Assembly: GCA_964645535.1 (NCBI GenBank) | Contig: CAZYCQ010000027.1 | Coordinates: forward strand, 1-42,561 | Length of the DNA stretch: 42,561 nt | Direction of reading: 5' to 3' | Source: an uncultured archaeon | GTDB lineage: Archaea > Asgardarchaeota > Heimdallarchaeia > Heimdallarchaeales > Kariarchaeaceae | Notes under the pieces: generated by a model | Database searches by the model: none | What the model was told of the DNA's origin: nothing | The model's input: the letters and a program-made list of their open reading frames with translations, nothing else | Made by a program: the position numbers and the translations under genes | Part shown: positions 39,410 through 42,561 of the stretch, in pieces | Layout of the letters: every line of letters begins with the position of its first letter | How positions within the stretch are numbered: the first letter of the stretch is position 1

Positions 39410-40297
39410 CTATTCGATTTCGATCATGAACATGCTTGTAAGGTCAGACAGGTTTTGGGTAAGTGTTTCATCCATATCTTCTTCTAAACCAGTTCGTTTG
39501 AGCAATTCAATTACTTTGACTTTGCCCGATTCACATATCAGACGAGGAGTGAATTCATCAACCCTAAAAATACCTTCCAAAGGAGTATCCAATTCTTCAA
39601 GCTGATACTGATCCTTGACACGATAGACTTGGTCTCCTACAACGACCATTTCTCTGGTGTATCCTTTTGGATCTCCAAGTTCTTTCAACAATTCCGTCGC
39701 TTCATCAATTAGATTTTTCTGAGATTTCCTAGGAGTTGTTGATACTGTTGGCGAGGGGGGAGTTGCAGAGGATCTAGCCTGGGTCTGTGGTACGGGAGCT
39801 GTTGCAGAGGATTTAGCTGAAGAGAGTTCTGTGAGAAGGGTTTTCTTGGGTCGGGTGGTCAATCCGCCCATCTTACCAAATTTGTCTCCCACTTCGCCCA
39901 TTGTTTCTTGAAATTCCTTGGTTGCTTCCTCAACTGAGATACCTTGCTGTTTTGCCAATTCTTCAAGGTTGGGTGGAGCTTCTGGTTCAATCTCATACAC
40001 CTTCCGTTTTGGAACTGCTGAGGGAACTTCTTTTCCTTCCAAGACTGCCAAGAACAATTCTGTTTCTTCACCTTGATCAAGGACATGAATTTGGTAATGG
40101 AACCCCAAATCCTGTCGTTTTTCACTCATAGCACGAGATCCAATGAATTTCAAACGGACACCGGCATCCGATCCTTTCCACAAAAAGAGGTTCCGTTTAT
40201 CGTGATCAATTACAATATAAACTTGGTCAGGTTCCTGACCGAAATCTGAAGAGGGTTGAAGAGTACCGTCTTCCTGCACCTTATAATATTCTGCCAT
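39410..40297 (-). CDS. Asgard-type gelsolin-domain protein (one gelsolin domain + linker + C-terminal domain, 1DGelX-like)
   Basis: VYIVID...LFLWKGSDAGVRLKFIG...VLDQGEETELF gelsolin signature; S/T/P-rich linker; C-terminal PKGYTREMVVVG...PRL...IELL. Confidence 0.8.
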   Translation of the reverse strand: MAEYYKVQEDGTLQPSSDFGQEPDQVYIVIDHDKRNLFLWKGSDAGVRLKFIGSRAMSEKRQDLGFHYQIHVLDQGEETELFLAVLEGKEVPSAVPKRKVYEIEPEAPPNLEELAKQQGISVEEATKEFQETMGEVGDKFGKMGGLTTRPKKTLLTELSSAKSSATAPVPQTQARSSATPPSPTVSTTPRKSQKNLIDEATELLKELGDPKGYTREMVVVGDQVYRVKDQYQLEELDTPLEGIFRVDEFTPRLICESGKVKVIELLKRTGLEEDMDETLTQNLSDLTSMFMIEIE

Positions 40298-40451
40298 CGT
40301 ATTCACCAATCGCTTCAGGTTTGAAACTTCTAATAAGAATTACCCCTTTTCTTTTTTAACTATTTTCGTATTCTGTTGGGGAAAAGAGCATGAAGATTGA
40401 ATTTGTTCATGTTGGGAATGGGATCCCAAGCTACACTATCGGAAAGGTTTA

Positions 40452-42284
40452 TTGTCCAGAAAGGTATTTTGTTTAGTGACACAATTCCAAGTAGTTAAAG
40501 AACAGGGGTTCATAAGATCTTTAAGTGCAAAAAAACCCTATAAGCTTCCCACCACGCCATGGTTGTTGGAAGTTGTTTCTGGAAGGTTGATGGTTGGAGA
40601 GCAAGAGATTGTGCCAATAACAGTCGATCAAAACCTTACGAGAGAAAGTATGCCACATGGAACAATCCCCATTTATACACCCCTTCTCACACCCGACGAA
40701 GAATTTTTGGAATCGAATGAATATGAGTATGACCTTTTCTTGGACAGATTGGTTGATTTCAAACCGGAAGGGTTATTTGGATTGACTTTTGATCCAAAAA
40801 AGCAGAGTGAAGAACAATTGGAGGCTGCTTTGGATCTCAAGCCTTCAATTATTTCATTAAGAACACCTCCTTTAAGTAAGTCCAGCCCAAAAGAATGGAT
40901 CAAGAACATCTATGAAATACGTCAGGCCATTCCTCCAGACATTGCAGTCTATCTTCCCAGAACAGGGTATAAAGGTTTGAACACTTTACTCATTGCAATG
41001 GGAATTGACATTATCGACAATGTTGAAGCATATTTGGTAAGCTTGGAAAGAATTTCGTTTCAGGATGGTTTTGCAGAAGTCAGAGACATGGAATTAAAAG
41101 ATCTGATTGAAGAAAATCTCAAGCATATCTCCAATGATTTCAAGGCAATACGAGAAAGCATCGAACATAATACGATATGGCAACGGCTTTACAGGGAAAT
41201 GCATGTTTCTCCCACAGTAGCCTCCTATGTAAAGCACCTTCAAAAGATCAAATTTGATTATTCCAAGTGGGGTTTTAACCAATCCAATAATGTTATGTTC
41301 ATTGGAGATGAAGCACTTAAACATCCAGAAGTATTGGCATTTCAAGATCGGCTTCGAAAAAGATATGCAATTCCAAAAGGTAAAAGGGTGGTTGTACTTC
41401 TCCCTTGCTCTGCAAAGAAACCCTATCATAGGTCTCGATCACATAAATTGTTTGAAAAGTCAATCAACAATGGATTCAAAGGACTGGGTAGACTTGTGGA
41501 GATATGGTCATTGACTTCACCATTAGGTGTTGTCCCAAGAGAACTTGAAACACTTTACCCTGCAAGAACATATGATATTCCTGTCAGCGGAGATTGGTCA
41601 GCTGAGGAAATCTCTGCAACAGTCAACATTTTGAATGACCTATTGAACAATCTCCCTACAGGCATTCCAGTAATTGCACATGTTTCAAGCGGTTACAGAC
41701 CCATCATTGAAGAGATTCAGAAAAAGCACGAACTGAATGTTTCTTGGGCAGATGAAAAACCAGCATCACGCACGGCACTGAATCATTTAGAAAAAACACT
41801 ACGTGAAATTAGGCCTTCAGAACGTATTTTTTTCTCAAACAAGGCATTGATTCAGCATTGGATCGACATGGCAATTGTTCAAGCAAAATGGCAACATGGA
41901 AAAGAATTTGAGTTGGATACAGAAGGGTGGAGATTTAAAGGAAAACCACCACGACCAATTGCCATCCAAAAGAATAATCAGCACTATGCAACGTGGGACA
42001 TTGAAAATGGACAGTTAAGATTATTTCCGCAAGCAATCTTGGATTCAAATCTCAAGACAGTTTCTTGGGCGAGATTTGACGGAAATGAACTCAATGGGTC
42101 TTCGTTGTTTATTCCAGGAATACAAGAGGCCTCTTCCGAAATTTCACCGGGTGATGAAGTAATCATCTTGAACACAGAAAATGAACCAATTGGAGTGGGG
42201 GATGCCTTGGTAAGCGGTTCTACAATGAACAAAGCAAGCTCTGGGGCAGGGATAAAAATCAGAAAGAAAATTGAGGTGAAATGA
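40452..42284 (+). CDS. arcS: Archaeosine synthase subunit alpha (ArcS) with C-terminal PUA domain
   Basis: LLPCSAKKPYHRSRSH, TSPLGVVPRELE..YPA..YDIPVSGDW, PUA (GSSLFIPGI..ISPGDEV). Start may be GTG at 40476. Confidence 0.9.
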   Translation: MSRKVFCLVTQFQVVKEQGFIRSLSAKKPYKLPTTPWLLEVVSGRLMVGEQEIVPITVDQNLTRESMPHGTIPIYTPLLTPDEEFLESNEYEYDLFLDRLVDFKPEGLFGLTFDPKKQSEEQLEAALDLKPSIISLRTPPLSKSSPKEWIKNIYEIRQAIPPDIAVYLPRTGYKGLNTLLIAMGIDIIDNVEAYLVSLERISFQDGFAEVRDMELKDLIEENLKHISNDFKAIRESIEHNTIWQRLYREMHVSPTVASYVKHLQKIKFDYSKWGFNQSNNVMFIGDEALKHPEVLAFQDRLRKRYAIPKGKRVVVLLPCSAKKPYHRSRSHKLFEKSINNGFKGLGRLVEIWSLTSPLGVVPRELETLYPARTYDIPVSGDWSAEEISATVNILNDLLNNLPTGIPVIAHVSSGYRPIIEEIQKKHELNVSWADEKPASRTALNHLEKTLREIRPSERIFFSNKALIQHWIDMAIVQAKWQHGKEFELDTEGWRFKGKPPRPIAIQKNNQHYATWDIENGQLRLFPQAILDSNLKTVSWARFDGNELNGSSLFIPGIQEASSEISPGDEVIILNTENEPIGVGDALVSGSTMNKASSGAGIKIRKKIEVK

Positions 42285-42285
42285 A

Positions 42286-42561
42286 ATGCGAGCAGATCCA
42301 TCAAAGGCAAAATCCTTCACTGTTGAAATCGGAAGGCTCCGGGTTCTTTCAGACCAGCAAAGAAAGGAACATTCCAAAATTATTTCATGGATTGATAGAC
42401 ATTATCTTCCGGATGGTCGTCAGGTCAATGCAATTGCAATGGTATTGCCAACTAGGGCTTGCAAATATGCAAGAGCAAAACACGGAGGTTGTTCCTTCTG
42501 TACCCTTCCTTCAGACAATCCTTTGAATCCTTCAATTGAAGATTTAAGGAGGATACCAATC
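42286..42561 (+). CDS. raSEA: Archaeosine biosynthesis radical SAM protein RaSEA (5' part; runs off the window)
   Basis: Hand translation MRADPSK...IAMVLPTRACKYARAKHGGCSFCTL (widely spaced Cx9Cx2C), directly downstream of arcS. Not in the ORF track. Confidence 0.8.
   Translation, partial: MRADPSKAKSFTVEIGRLRVLSDQQRKEHSKIISWIDRHYLPDGRQVNAIAMVLPTRACKYARAKHGGCSFCTLPSDNPLNPSIEDLRRIPI

Noticed and set aside
42281-42526. 81-aa ORF after arcS
   Set aside because: Wrong frame; the RaSEA-like frame starts at 42286.
1-42561. CRISPR arrays, IS elements, or an integrase at the tRNA
   Set aside because: No spaced direct repeats, transposase or integrase ORFs, or duplicated tRNA 3' end were seen by eye.

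Overview
The window is a compact, gene-dense chromosomal segment from an archaeon, most likely Asgard (Heimdallarchaeia-like; this is inference). Supporting signs are topoisomerase VI, Cgi121, ArcS/RaSEA, a BHB-intron tRNA, and roadblock, longin-like and gelsolin-domain proteins, alongside bacterial-type genes (gyrAB, class II CCA enzyme, glpK, lat). The main feature is missing from the ORF track because it runs off the left edge. It is a stop-free minus-strand ORF from 6742 to <1 (at least 2247 codons). It encodes a complete topoisomerase VI subunit B fused to more than 1600 aa containing about 20 degenerate helix-hairpin-helix repeats of the RNAP alpha-CTD/RadA-Rad51-NTD type. Other highlights: a tRNA-His(GTG) with two perfect BHB introns (37/38 and 59/60), an A73 discriminator and no encoded G-1; a class II CCA-adding enzyme; a gyrase with altered QRDR motifs in both subunits; a GcvH homolog lacking the lipoyl lysine; and an M48 protease with Sm-like C-terminal repeats. 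No mobile elements, rRNA or CRISPR arrays were seen. All family calls are from motifs recognised by eye, not database searches.
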